This document shows positions 1-14,261 of a stretch of 64,000 bases of DNA, in pieces. Origin of the DNA: Haliotis cracherodii. Its lineage: Eukaryota. The stretch covers positions 25,730,001 to 25,794,000 of the forward strand of contig NW_027266264.1 in the NCBI RefSeq assembly GCF_022045235.1, written 5' to 3'. Each line of letters opens with the position of its first letter. The stretch's first letter is position 1. The notes beneath the pieces are model-generated. The model saw only the letters and a list, made by a program, of their open reading frames with translations. It was not told the DNA's origin and made no database searches. The position numbers were made by a program, and so were the translations under genes.

Positions 1-1686
1 CACAACTTTTCTCTGTACCGCGACACGATGGAGTTCTCTCCCTTGTCAAACAGAGCACGAGGCCCGGCTTTTACTCGGAGCTACTAATGTAAATAATGAA
101 CTTTTATCAGTAAAATATGCATTGTTTGATAACATGAATGATATCTGATACAGAGAACACGAATAAACATAAAGGTTAGTGAGTGCATTTTGTTCCGTTC
201 AGCGTACATGACAAGTACTGCGATACCCCGAGGTTGCAGGCTACCAGTCAAAATCTGGAATTGCATCAGAAATAGTTTTTGTCAAATTTGGAAATATTCC
301 CCACATGTCTACCATTAATCCTTTTGAAAGCTTTACTGATGCCTTGAATGTTGTACACCTTGATCAAACAACTTCTGAGCAGGAATGGTATGAAGTTCTT
401 TGAAAAATAATACATATAACATATAATATATAAAAATAATAAATGTTTCACCTTCAGCTCTAATTGCACAGGTTTAATGTGATGAATTTCATTTTCCTCC
501 CTTTAATCTTCCATTTATATCATTCAACAACTGTAACATAACTACATTCAAAAATATAAAAATATTTTGTGTAAAATATTAATTTAGTAATGCCAATTAC
601 AAAAGTCAAACAGTATTGAGTAAATGAACATATAAGAAATGTTCTGAATAAAGAAAAGTAATTCAGCTGGGCAAAATTACCATCCTGATAAACAAAGAGT
701 TTAAGCATACCCTTAAGAACAAAACAAAATAGATCAGGGTGAAGGATTATTAATTCATATATAAAAATTGTTACAAGATCTCTCACCACAGACATCCCTG
801 TAAATTCAATGGGCTTCAGTGAACTCAGCTGTTCTCTCCCCAGCTGTAATTCTGCATGTTGAGGCAGCTGATTCCAAAATAAAGCTTCAATGTTGCATTA
901 AGATATTAGTGTCAAATCTAAAGCTTGCTTTCTTAATGACAATGTTAATCATTCATTCACCAAAAGAATTAAATCTGAAATCATTAATATGTGTGATTGC
1001 AGACTTAACAGAAATCTGTTTCATCCATAACAGGTTTTTTTAAACATGGAACTTTAACATTTCCAACATTCAGGAATCTCTGAAGATCAAAGATTTACTC
1101 TGGCAATCTCGGAAAAAAGTCTTTTTCATTTAGTACCTTTAACAGCATCATCTGTATGCAGAGATATTCCCAGAAGCTGTTTGTAATCTTACGGTTGGAC
1201 CAGTGTTCGGTCAATTAGTGTCAAAGCCTGTATTGATCTGTTTACACTGTGGTGTCTAGTTAGTCTTGCAGCAAACATCACTAAGCCTTGTTCTCTGATA
1301 ACATATCTCACAGAAATGAATTGAACACACATGGTGAATATTAACTAGTAATCAGCCGAGCAGATTAGGAGGTAGTCATCAGGAAAATAGTACGGGAAAT
1401 GTCCGATTTTTTAGAGAGTGAAAGTAAAAAGCAACTATTTCTTGTGACAGGAAAAAGTTGGAGGACTCAAATCTACAGTCTTTCTATTTCAAATCTGATG
1501 TCTTTGTTCCTTAAGATTTCTTTGTATCAGATGAAATAACGTATGTGGATTATGTAAAATATTTGAGATTTAGGACTTTACCAAATTTGTTACAGGAAAT
1601 CTTGATAATTTCTATATTGATTCCCCACATGGTTAAAATATGTGGAGCCCATCCCTTGTGTCGCAAGACATGATGTTGCTGGAATC

Positions 1687-2948
1687 TGAGGGCCGGTCAA
1701 AAAATTCTAACCCTGACTAACTTTCAGCTATGGGCCATAACAAAGTGAACTAGTCAATATAGTACATTGTTTGAGTAGTTCATCGCAAGGGTATTTGGTC
1801 TGTTGAGGCTGTTTGTATATTACTGACAGCCAGAATGTGATAGGGATGTAAATGGACACAGACATGGAACAGAAAGAGTACGGAGCGGTCATCAATTTTT
1901 GACTTCGAAAAGTACTCCCCAAAATTTGTGTGTGGATAAGTGACCTAGCTATTCCACTATTAAACATTGGGCAGCTATGTTTAAGGCTGGGAGAACAAGC
2001 CTTGATGATGGCCCTAGGTCTGAATGCTCCTCAAGTTCCATCAATGAAGATTCAATCAAGGAGATTGAAAAATTTATACTGTCAGATAGACGTATTACCA
2101 TTGCTGAACTTGATGAAGACACAGGTCTAAGCCATGGATCCATTGAAACTATCATTCATGAACATTTACAGTTGAATAAGATATCTGCTCGTTGGGTCCC
2201 AAAGTTTCTAAATTCTGATCTTAAATTAAGGAAAAAAGAATTGACACTGCCAGAGAAAATTTAGAGCTAACTGAGGAGGATTCCATCAAATTCAAAAAGA
2301 GATTAGTAACGGTTGATAAAACGTGGGTCTTCCACTATGATCCCAGGCCAAACCGTCAAGCCATGGAATGGCACCATTCCACTTCTCTGGCACCAAAGAA
2401 ATTTAAGTTTTTCATGATCAGTGAAGAAAGTTAAGGCCACTGTCTTTTGGGATGCAAAGGGTGTGATCCTTGTTGATTACTTAGAAAGTCAAAAGACAAT
2501 TATCGGTGCCTATAATGCTGATTTGATTCATCGACTGCAAGAAAAGCGTCAAGGAACGCTGACTGCTGGAGTTCTACTACTTCATGACAATGTCTCTTCT
2601 CGCACCTCTTGACTTGCAAAGGCTGCTGTGCAACAATGTCGGTTCAAAGAGCTACCTCAGCCTCCATACTCACCAGACCTGGCACCAAGTGATTTCCAAC
2701 CGTTTCCTAAGCTGAATGAACACCTATGAGGAAAGCACTATGATGACAACGATAACCTCAAAGCTGCCATGAATGGGTTTTTCAGGGTGGCTTCAGAAAC
2801 CTTTTTCCTGACTGGAATTGAAAAGCTTCACTATCGATAGGAGAGGTGTATTGAAAAGTAAGGAGATTATGTTGAAAAATAAAATAGAAACACTTTCACA
2901 ACTGTTGGCTTTGTTTGTTATTTTTAGAATCCTTCTCACCAGCCCTTG
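1687..2948 (+). mobile_element. Decayed full-length mariner (DD34D) transposon
   Basis: Degenerate TIRs (gagggccggtcaaaaaattctaa / ttagaatccttctcaccagcccttg + TA). Broken transposase ~1864-2882 with SARWVPK, TVDKTWVFHYDP, VFWD, LHDN, PPYSPDLAPSDF and GDYVEK*. Confidence 0.92.
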
Positions 2949-4802
2949 TACAAGTGACACATAACAATACTGACTCACTAACTTATATCTAGTATATGGC
3001 TGCTATATAGGGGTCAGATGGGCATGTAACTCATCCGAGGATACTGGGCTGTCTGTTCATGAAGGTGAAAAAGGCAACATATAATGGAGATACTATCTAG
3101 AACAAAAACCCTCACAATGAAGATGTAACAGAAGAATAATTATATTTTACATGAAATTTGAAGCTTTCTTTCATGCAAAACATATTTCTTCCACTACAAA
3201 AATTGTTTTTAGACACTATTCCCCTGACACTTATCCCCTGAAACTTCCATGTCCCCTCATTCATCATACTGAACAATCAGATCTTCAAACCATGGAGAAA
3301 CCAGCTGATACAAATCCATATAGATCTATGTAGACTATCTTGAAAAATTATCCATCAAAGCAATTCACTGCAAGTTTGGAAAAAAAGAACCACGTACATT
3401 TTCAATTTCTTGACCAAATCACAGTCATAAATTTCTTTATACAAACATGTAAGGACATTGTTATCCATGGATGACAAAGGGTATTCCTGTCCATTTTCAG
3501 CAAGGCAAGCGCGTTCACTAGCCTTTTTTTTCAAAGTCTTGTTTCCACCCTTGCCACATCAAGCCCCCTTTCCTGTGTTAAATATGATTGGACTTTTGTA
3601 CATATTGATAGTCCAAGCAGAGAATGTTTCACAAAATCAACATCCACAACTGGTACACCTTCATATGAAATTTATTTACCACTGTCTGTCTTTTGACACG
3701 AAAATGTCTTTTTCTTCTTCTAACCTAGGCCTATGCCTATGTTTTGGTGTCTGGAAAGAAATCACGACTGTTTTCGTTATTTCATTGACCAGGTCATCGA
3801 CTATGGTAGTCGCCATCTCTGTCAAGCTATACGAGATAAGAACTGCGATCTGATTGGATTTTGCGTTTTCATTAGAAGGGGCACAACTCGTGATCTACGA
3901 GGTGATGCCATGGTCGAGCCAAGAAAAGTGGCCTTGATGTGGCAAAGGTAGCAACTAGGCTTTGATATAGGCTAGTTGACACGCTTGGCTTCGGGAAGAT
4001 GACTTCTGTCATAACATGGAAATGGCTTCAGAACTGGGTTACTTATATAATTTCTCCCTATTGTCCATTAAACCATTGACACATCAGAATTGTATCAAGG
4101 GCAGGATGGTTGGGAAATATTCCCTGTAGATCACAGGGCCAGCTACACACCAATGTATCAGACTAGTACACTTCACTGTCCCAGTGGGAGCAGCCTAACA
4201 TAAAAGTCTCCCATTTCCATAAAAGTTGTTGCATGTTTGTGACAATTCTGGAACATCTACATTCTCATGCCCAACAGTATCATTTTTATTCAGCACTGTT
4301 GCTCACCCGTCATGTAGTCAACTGTTAAAATTGCCAACAAAGACAGCCACTTAACATAGTTTCTGCATAAACATTGAGACCTAATTGATATTTAGGTCAT
4401 AAGAAACACTATGTTTCTGCAACACTTATTATCTTGTTTAACATTTTTGCAATACACAAATTTCATCACGCAAAGTATCAACTCTGAACCTTCTGAGGAC
4501 ATTAATGTTTTCTTAACCTAAAAATATTATTCACTTTAACTTTGTTATGGTCACATCTTCCACTGAATGGTGTTATTCCAACATTTGCAGGAGTCAAATG
4601 ACTTCCGTCCTGGAAACATTACAAATGTGGATCGCTTTGGATGTCGCTAGCTTTTCATGAACACCTGGTATCATCACTATTTGATAGTAGTTCATAACAC
4701 ATGCTTAAGATATATTTGGAATCTTACAATGGAACTAAGGTTTTCTTATGATTATGGTTTTGCTGTTTTTATTGAAACGGATCTGGATACATTGAAAAGT
4801 CC

Positions 4803-5068
4803 ATCTGTAAAGATCCGGGTTACAATAGGTCTTCAGCAGCCCATGTTTTATGTACAAAGGTGATTATGTTTGTTGTAAGTGTTGACTAACAGGATCTGGT
4901 GGTCTGCTCGATGACTTGGTTGATGCATGTCATTGTTCCCAATTGCATGGATCGATGCTCATGATGTCAATCACAGGATAGTCTGGTCCATACTCAATGG
5001 ACCAGCCCACCGTCATATAACTGGAACATTGCTGAGTACGGCATTAAACAACAAACAAATAAACAAAC
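4803..5068 (+). mobile_element. Retroposon family B copy, CpG-decayed
   Basis: Full-length alignment to the family. Confidence 0.85.
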
Positions 5069-5954
5069 TTGGAGAATCTGTTTTCGTAAATAATACAGGT
5101 TTGCAGAGATTGGAAGGCTTTGGAATGAAAAGTTTTTGGTCCAATGTTAGTTCCGTAGGCTTTATGGCCTCTCAAAAAAATAATCCCCAAACACTCCTTG
5201 TTCAATTCAACATGCATGAAATCAGAGTTTTACTAAAAAGTTTCATTCAATGTCCAAATGAGATCTTCAAATTGATGACTATGTATTCATTCTGAAACTG
5301 ACTCTGTATTCTGCATCTTGCATTTTGCATCTTGCATCAATCTTCTAGCACACTCACTCAATATAAAGTCAACGTCTGCCCATGATCTGCATACCAAACC
5401 ACACTGCCATTGAAACAACTAACCAGAATATGATATCACCAACCTTGTCGTGACAGAAGGAAGCATCAGCACCAACAAGGAAACCAATTTTTCACTAATA
5501 ATCTCCTGCCACTAATGACCTCGTCAATCTTATAGTGCTGTGTCTTCAGATGATCTAACAGTCTTGATCTATGACCAACAACACCACAATTTATATGGAT
5601 TGCTAAGCTAGAGTCGTACTAATGTGTTCTCATTGGATGAATGGGGCTTGAGGAGAAACACGATCAGTTAGTGTTGTCAACTGATGCATTCAGTAGTAGT
5701 GTTCAGTGACGAAACTAAAAATAAGCTTGGACCACTGACTGATTACCTCTAAAAACCTCATAACAATAACATCATATTAATCATTATAACAGTTGAGAGG
5801 TGAAAGTGGGGCAAGTGAGATGGGTTAAATGCTGGTTTGAAAAGTATTCCAGTTACATCACTGCGTATTGGTTTAATGTGGGACGAAAGCCCGAAGTGAG
5901 CACCTAGAAACATAATCAAGAAGAACTGGTATTCGAACCCACAGTCATAGATTG

Positions 5955-6196
5955 TTTGTTTTGTTCTGTTTGTTGTTTAATGCTGCACTTATTATATTAC
6001 AGCTGTATGACGACGGTCTGTAAATAATTGAGTCTGGAGCAAACAATCCAGTGATTGACATATGCATCGATCCACGCAATTGGAATACAATGAAGTGCAT
6101 CAACCAAGTCAGCGATCCTGACCATCCGATCCCGTTTGTCGCCTCTTACGACAAGCATAGTCATTTATTACGGCAAGCATGGGTTGCTGAAGACCT
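5955..6196 (-). mobile_element. Retroposon family B copy, slightly 5'-truncated
   Basis: Exact 12-bp TSD agtcatagattg. Confidence 0.9.
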
Positions 6197-6807
6197 AGTC
6201 ATAGATTGATGGCTTGCTTAAAGGATGCAACTCTGCACAGCGAACTTTGGCATCTCAGACGACTGGGTGCCTTGTTCCCCTATGAGCGTTACTTTAATAA
6301 CATCGCCAACTGTATTCCAGCTGTATTACAAAGACTTAAAAATAATCGGGTTTGGGCTAGATAAACCAGTGGTTGATACAATGAACATCACTAGTGAATG
6401 ATGACAATATCTACCAAGTCACCAAGCCTGACCACCAAATTCAATAGCATCCTTTACACCATGAACACTGCTGACCACCAACTCTAATTTGGTGTCCATG
6501 GTAGACATAATTCACGGATGTATCAAATCACCATGAAATGTACCTCATGATACAATGTACGATACACCTAGCCATGTACTAATTCATGTTTAATTTTCAG
6601 ATTGCATAATTCTATTAGATTGAGCCAAAATTAACTAGTAATAAATATATTATAGACAAATTGCTTGACAACAACCTCTTGTTTGTCAGACCACATGTGG
6701 AAAATATCTCCAAACAACAACACAAATTATATATTGAAAATCATATTGTATCTTGACTCACATGTTGCGATAAGTTCTTTGATAGGCATTTTGAAGTTGG
6801 AGTACAA

Positions 6808-7168
6808 AGTAAGGATAAGAATTTATGAATGAACAACTTCTTCATTACAATTTACCGTATATCGCTGTGTATAAGGCGAGTTTTTCGTACCTAAAATGAG
6901 GGGGCTAAGAAGGGGGGTCGTCTTATACACAGCGATATACGGTAAGAGTGACGTTTCGGTGTAGGTTCTAACACCGTTATCAAGCTTGTTACAAGTAAGG
7001 ATAAGAATTTATGGATGAACAACTTCTTTATTACAATTTAAGAGCCACGTTTCGGTGTAGGTTCTAACACCGTTATCAAGCAAGTGATACGGTGTTAGAA
7101 CCTACACCGAAACGTCACTCTTAAATTGTAATAAAGAAGTTGTTCATCCATTAATTCTTATCCTTACT
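6808..7168. mobile_element. Penelope-type terminal repeat cluster: two direct ~88-bp units plus one inverted unit, each with a hammerhead-like motif and (two of three units) AATAAA
   Basis: Units at ~6808-6985 (interrupted by a MITE), ~6994-7081 and inverted ~7085-7168. Sense sequence ttgataa-cggtgt-tagaacct-acacc-gaaacgtc. Confidence 0.72.
6855..6942. mobile_element. 88-bp TA-targeting MITE
   Basis: Perfect 21-bp TIR ccgtatatcgctgtgtataag. The TA duplication is confirmed by the empty site (tttaagag) in the adjacent repeat unit. Confidence 0.92.
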
Positions 7169-7882
7169 GCAATACTAAGGTTCAGGGTATTATGACACTC
7201 CAACAATCAAATAACATGTTGAGAGAAAGTTTTTGTCTTTTCCTGGTTAACTAAATGAGGTCAAGGTCACACAGTTGATCCCTCATCATCATGCCACTAA
7301 TTTAAATCATGCTGTGGGAATGACATATTTTCAAGGCTATCAATAATATTTGGTTTTAGCTGGTAAGAGAAAGGTTTTGTTATATTTCGATTCTTTGAAC
7401 AGTTCTTTGAATCTTAGATTGTCCGTATTTTAACACTTCCGGATTTTAACAGTAGTGTTATCTTCACCTACCTACCCTTTGCCAAGTCTAATGAGTTTCA
7501 AATGGTTTTCTGTCAACAGAGAAGTAGAAAAAAAGGGAGAGTTTTTCAAAATAAGCTTCTGATGAGAAATGTTATTTGTTTCAAGGCTTAACACATCAAC
7601 AGCATTAATAGTGAATTATCATCAATCAGCCTTTCCCCAATGGGTTTTATTTAGAAAAATATCAAATGTTGTTCCCGATAATTAATAACTTAAAATGAGA
7701 TTGAAAAATATTGACAGACCAACAAGTATACATATCAGTATTTTGTGCAGAACTTGACAGGTCATGCAATCTCTTTTGTTGTTTATCGTAAGTCCTCTTA
7801 CAATACTCCAATCAATTAATCAAATATCCGGAAACGTCAGTCTGAGGCTCTGAAACAATTGGAACCAAGAAATACAAACATG

Positions 7883-8048
7883 AGTGAGTGAGTATGGTTT
7901 TATGCCCTTTTATTAAGCAAAATTCCTGCACTATCACGGCGGGAGACACCAGAAAAGGGCTTCACGTAATGCGTGCAAGTCGGGAATCCAACCCAGAACT
8001 TCGGCATGATGAGCAAAAGCTTTAACCACTGGGCTACCCAACCGCCCC
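7883..8048 (-). mobile_element. SINE family A copy
   Basis: Aligns to the 15973 copy; aaacatg flanks both ends. Confidence 0.85.
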
Positions 8049-10011
8049 TAAACATGCCAAGAACTCGATGAGTTTGGCAATCTCTCTGCCCTTCTAATGC
8101 CTTATAAAACTCAAGTTCATTCACACAGTTTATAAAAGGGATTTCCATTCCGATGTCGTTTTTCACTTTGCCAGTTAGACCTTGTGCCTTTAAATGCGTT
8201 AAACTTAGAATTGGAAATGAAGCTTGGTACTCTGGCCACCTGTACTGGGGATGAGAACTGAGGGAAAGAAGGTTATGATGGCCTCAAAGCTCACACTGGA
8301 ATGTGCCAATGAGTTTCTTAAGCGTCAATGATAAATCTCTTAGAGCAATCTGCTTCAATCATTCACCCGAGAGAATCACTTGATACAGAGACGCAATTAT
8401 AATTCTATTGGGAACACTTGAGTTGAACATGCTATCTCAATCTAACGGCAATTGTACTATGTGTGATGATGATGAGAGATTTGATGAAATACATGGCAAA
8501 TACTGATCTTGGACAAGTTTCATATTTTCGGAAAGGAGTTGGCTGTGAAGCTTAAAAAATAAGTTTCGTATTCATACTCAACAAAATCGTACAAAATATG
8601 TGAGCGTTTTTCAGAAATATGTGACAAGATTGTGGTCTGTTGTCTGTGTGAAGGAATTGATATGGATATTCCATTACCCATTGCTAAAACTGTGAGAACA
8701 TACCATCAACCTTACCACAGGACAATTTGCAGTGTGCAACAAACATTTGTCCAATGCGCACCTCTTTACAAGAAATAACAGAATTTTCAACATAAAGAAA
8801 CCAAAAAACTTTGCACAATAACATTCAAGGGCTCATCAAGCATTTTTAAAAGGGAGGGGTCCAAAATATAAAAATCCTCTCTCTGTCAATTTTACTGCCT
8901 ACAACATACATACATACTACATTTTGTTTTCAAAAGTGGGGGTCCCGCATGAACTTAAGAACGCATCCCCTGTGCATCAACATGTAACATCTGTTATGCA
9001 CAAAAGAAAACATTTAAAAAATAGCATTGGTAGCTGTTGGTAACAACTTCTTATTAAATCTTCAAAACATTATTTGTTTTGTGTATAAATGACAAATGTA
9101 AGATAGCAGAAAATTTGGTAGCTCATACTGGCTACACAGTTCGTACAATCATAAGAGCCGTGTTTTTTACTAAAATTTATCCAAGTATTTATTTAACAAC
9201 AATTATTGGGTTATCATATCTCTGAAGGTCAGTGATTCACAACACCTTATGACATAACTTCAAGCATCTGGCAAAAGTTCAATAATTTGTGTAACATTTG
9301 TAACTCAGCTGTGACCTTCCTTAATTTTCATCCTTCATGCAATTGTCAGACAACTTTGCAAAGTGAATTGTGTCATAATTGACCAACAGTGCAAAAAAAA
9401 CAATATTTGAGGTTTCAATAAATTCAGAAAACCAAAAGATAATTTTCTGTTGTATTCATGAATGAAAATGGATAAAAGAGCCATCCAACTTTCAACTGAT
9501 CACATTCATATTTTGTTTGTTTCTGTTGGGCATTATTCATGTATTTCTGTTGAAAGGTACACACTTGACCAAATTACCTGGATTTATCATTTTCATATTG
9601 AAGAGCCATTGATAACTAACTCAGGTTTATGATTTCCTTATGATACCAGTTCATCATGGAACAACCAACTTGTTTCTACTGCACCCAGACTTGTGTCTCT
9701 TAATAATCAGCCACTAGTGAGTATATGGGCAATATCAAATTACATGATAATGGAAGTGTAATCTTCACCATTATTTACACCATCAAAATAGCAGACAGCT
9801 AGCCAGCAGTCATAAACTCATTAACTTATAGCCAAACCAGACATCCACATGATGGTGTAATCAGATTGATAAACCATGTTCTCACTAACATCAGTAATTA
9901 CATAAAATATTGTTCATCATAAAAATTTTGCAAACGTTGTGTTGCTAGCAATCTTGTAAGTCCATGTCGAGTCTGCATGCCTGTGCTATGTCCAGCATGC
10001 CAGCATTATTA

Positions 10012-10512
10012 CCAGCATCTATATAAAGGTATCGACTTATCACATGTGTATCATCACCATGGAGAAGATGGTGGTGGGAGTCTAGCCAATACATGATACA
10101 TTTGTGCAATGACTTGTCCAGCATCTATATAAAGGTATCGACTGATCACATGTGTATCATCACTATGGAAAAGATGGTGGTGGAACTAGCCAATACATAC
10201 TACATTTTGCAATGACCTGTCCAGCATCTCTATAAAGGTATCGACTTATCACATGTGTATCATCACTATGGAAAAGATGGTGGTGGGAGTCTAGCCAGTA
10301 CATGCTACATTTGTGCAATGACTTGTCCAGCATTTATATAAAGGTATCGACTGATCACATGTGTATCATCACTATAGAAAAGATGGTGGTGGAACTAGCC
10401 AATACATGCTACATCTTGTGTTAACTTGTCCAGCACCTACATAAAGCTATTGATGTATCACATGTGTATCGTCATCACGGTAGAGTTGTTGCTGTCCAAT
10501 ACATTCTACGTC
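10012..10512. repeat. ~105-bp tandem repeat, ~4.7 units, alternating dimer
   Basis: Units start near 10012, 10117, 10221, 10327 and 10430. Confidence 0.92.
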
Positions 10513-11203
10513 TTGCATCAACTTAATGAGCCTGTGGCGAGCAATAATTTCCACTGAAATGTCGGAGGTTGTGGAATCATCAACATGAATGGAAGTGGAA
10601 GAAATTTCAGCAAATTGGTGCCTGTGGCCACATCATTAGGAAAATAGTGTCGCAGCGCCTTTTTCAAACGACTTCTCAGATTAAATTTAGATCAGCAGCA
10701 GGAAGATCAAAGTTGGTTAGACTTTCAATGTTGTTGTAAATCTTCTACATGCGTATGTTCAAAATAGGATGGATTATCAAATGCATTCTTAGATGACTTG
10801 GTGATTGCAAAATACTTTTTCACCTATTGTCAATTTGCATACAAGTTCCGATGGTTGCAAGGCAATCAGAGTATTCCAATTCCCAGAAGCTGGAAACAGA
10901 AGAGTGATATCATTTTGAGGGAAATGACTGCAGAGGCACCGGCATTGTAGGTATTCTCTGAAGATCAATAGTCATTGGAATCTGTCGCAAAGGTGCTCTA
11001 ACATAAAATGAGATTAGCTCATAAATCTTTCAATGGCAAACATGGGAATTAAAGGCCATAATTTGATGAAAGCTTCAGCAATTTTCAGTAATATTTAACT
11101 ATACTGCTTGACTTTCAACAATACCACACTGTGACCATGAGTTGAAGCACAAAACATTCTTGGCTAGCAGTTCAGGCCAAGATTGTTTGACTTTGAAGCT
11201 CAA

Positions 11204-11912
11204 GACAGTGTCAGGTGAAGATTGTTAAACAACACAACATGCATGACTGAAAGTGTCAAGTGAAGATTGTTAAAAAACACAATGTGCATGACTGACAGTG
11301 TCAAGTGAAGATTGTTAGACAACACAACATGCATGACTGACAGTGTCAGGTGAAGATGGTTAAACAACACAACGTGCATGACTGACAGTGTCAAGTGAAG
11401 ATTGTTAGACAACACAACATGCATGACTGACAGTGTCAAGTGAAGATTGTTAGACTACACAACATGTATGACTGACAGTGTCAGGTGAAGATTGTTAGAC
11501 AACACAACATGCCTGACTGACAGTGTCAAGTGAAGATTGTTGAACAACACAAAGTGCATGACTGACAGTGTCAGGTGAAGATTGTTAGACTACACAACAT
11601 GCATGACTGACAGTGTCAAGTGAAGATTGTTAAACAAAACAACATGCATGACTGACAGTGTAAGGTGAAGATTGTTAAACAACACAACATGCATGACTGA
11701 CAGTGTCAGGTGAAGACTGTTAGACAACACAGCATGCCTGACTGACAGTGTCAAGTGAAGATTGTTAGACAACACAACATGCATGACTGACAGTGTCAGG
11801 TGAAGATGGTTAAACAACACAACGTGCATGACTGACAGTGTCAAGTGAAGATTGTTTAACAACACAACATGCATGACTGACAGCGTCAGGTGAAGATTGT
11901 TAGACAACACAT
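11204..11912. repeat. 45-bp minisatellite, ~15-16 units
   Basis: Unit gacagtgtca(g/a)gtgaagattgtta(a/g)acaacacaacatgcatgact. Confidence 0.95.
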
Positions 11913-14261
11913 GTTGTAAAACTAAATATTGTAATCCACTGGAAGTCTGACAGGTAGATTTGGTGAGAAACATGGTACTACCGATGTTCAATTTCTCAAC
12001 ACATCAAGCCTGTCCCGACTCTATCTTCCTCAAATCATATTGTTCCATGAATGTAGAAACTTAGCTCAGTACTCTAAATGTGCCTTCAAAGAACAGTCGG
12101 ACATTTTTTCAACATTCATATGCAAATATTACAACAAGTACTGCTCAAAATGGCATTCACTCACTCACTGAGTAAGGCTACAGTGGGCTCCATAAGCAGG
12201 TAATGTCACAACTAGTTCCAAGTCATGGCATTATTGAACTGACCGATGAAGTCAACTACGAAGGTCACTGTGAACAGTTCATATCAAGTGACTTTGTCAG
12301 GCAAAACTCTCTCCGACTGTAGTCTGATAGTTTTTTGGAAACAGTTCCTATCAGCCCAAGACCTATTCTTATCATTGATACTTGGCACCTTCCATAAACA
12401 GGCTCATGAATAGGACACTCTTACATTATGTGGTGCCATATTTACAAAAGGCATGCATATAAAAAAGACATTCCTTCACAGTTTTCTGAGAAGTGCTGTC
12501 TGCAAAAAATGTCAAAGGTCATGGTCAGAGAGTTGGAGCAGTTATCTCCCCACAATCATTCTTCCAGTGTTGAATTACCCTATTCCATTTTATGTAGAAT
12601 GTAAAAGGGATGTGCCCTGCCCAGGGTCACCATCAAACTGCTATATATCATACAGGTTATAGCTAAATCTCTCCTACCACGTTAGCACATACAACTATTG
12701 ATTTGAGTAATATCTGGAAAGATTCATCTGATGTTTTCCACTACAAGAATAGAGCAAGGATTCAGCCTGTTTCAATCACTTCCCTTGACATATAAATCCT
12801 GATATCTTCATCCCATTTTTAACTACCAATACTCTAGGTGTTTGGTGGTTTTGCTGTGAATTCACATAAAATTGGATGATAATGCAATGACATTCAGAAG
12901 GTCAAATGTTTTCAACTGCTACACATTTAGATTAATAGTTGCTTCTCTATAATACATTTTTTTATTGAATGAGCGCTTCTTTATTTACTTCATCTTCTGT
13001 ATGGGAATTGTTTTCATTTATGTTCTTGATTTTTTTTTTTTTATCAAATGTTACAAAAAATAACTTTTTCTTCTCTACCATCAGGTATTGAAGAGCATCT
13101 ACCCTAAATAACTATAACAGAGAACACTATTATAATGGTTTTTATTCATTGTTTTACCATGTGCTTGGAGATTATTATGTACAAAACAATGATTGAGTAT
13201 TTCCATACATTTGATAGTCCTGCTACGTATTATGATGAAGGTATAAACATTACTTAGTACATGTATCTTGACCCTTTACCTGTGACGAGTTCATGCACCT
13301 GTAAACACTTCCACTCCCACAGCCTCGACGGCAGGTGTTGATTGAACAGTCACAGAGATATTCTTACCTATTCAGAGGAATTAAATTGTTCGCAATCCAT
13401 ATGTATGCTTATTATCAAAAACTATGAATTTGAATAGAGTTAGAGAGTCACTGTTTGAAGGATTGTAGTTTAAAAGAATACCATACCAGTAACTTAAAAA
13501 ACGTTATTATTGAAAGATACTATCTTCCAATATTATTCCTGTATTATAGTGCATGGGACAGTTTTCTTGGGGCAATTTTGAACATGGGTTAGCCTCCATT
13601 GGACATATGAATAATGGACATTATTAATATCACTTTTAGTTTCTGTAAGAATTAATATTGAATGAAATGTTGCATCAAATATGACTCATCGGCAGAATAA
13701 TTCTTAGTAGTTGACACAAAGATTGCATTTATATGCTGGAACACTGGGATATATATATAATGTGTATCATATCTTGACTTCAGTGTACCACTACACAAAC
13801 ATGTAATACAGACATGTATAATCATAATTTCAGATGTTCTAGTCTCGTGACCCTGCATGTGCAACCAAGATTTTTATATTAGTTAATTCTGTTTTTCAAG
13901 CTTCTGTTAAACTATAAACTATAAACAACTATAAACATTTCAAGCATAACATTCTAGGCACTAAAATCACCACTACAAACTCTTTGGCAATGGGTGAATG
14001 TTCTATATTTTTCTTGTTTCACACCATGTTTTAAGACATAAAACAAACCCCAAACATGTGTTTTTCTGTGTATGTTCCAACATTTGTGGAGCTGAAAGTA
14101 GAGGTGACATAAGCTATTGGTACATGCTGGATGTAGTTCCTGGCCTACAATATATACATCAATTTATGTAGCACCAATTACCAGATTGGATCTGCTCAAA
14201 TGCTCTTTTGCATGAGTCTGGTGGTCAAAGAGAGAGTTCTGTGAGGGTTGTAGACGGATTG

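Noticed and set aside
1-84. CpG-rich stretch ending ..ctcggagcta, possibly a transposon terminus
   Set aside because: Cut by the window edge; the partner end is not visible.
3458-3951. 131-aa and 72-aa ORFs
   Set aside because: No recognisable motif and non-ATG starts; possibly decayed transposon sequence, but not assignable.
10740-10900. Possible KCNQ exon 2 after the minus-strand acceptor ctgtttccag
   Set aside because: None of the three frames resembles KCNQ S1-S2.
11200-11991. ORFs with a 15-aa LHLTLSVMHVVLSNN repeat, or a CRISPR-like array
   Set aside because: Contiguous 45-bp minisatellite with no unique spacers, in a eukaryotic context.
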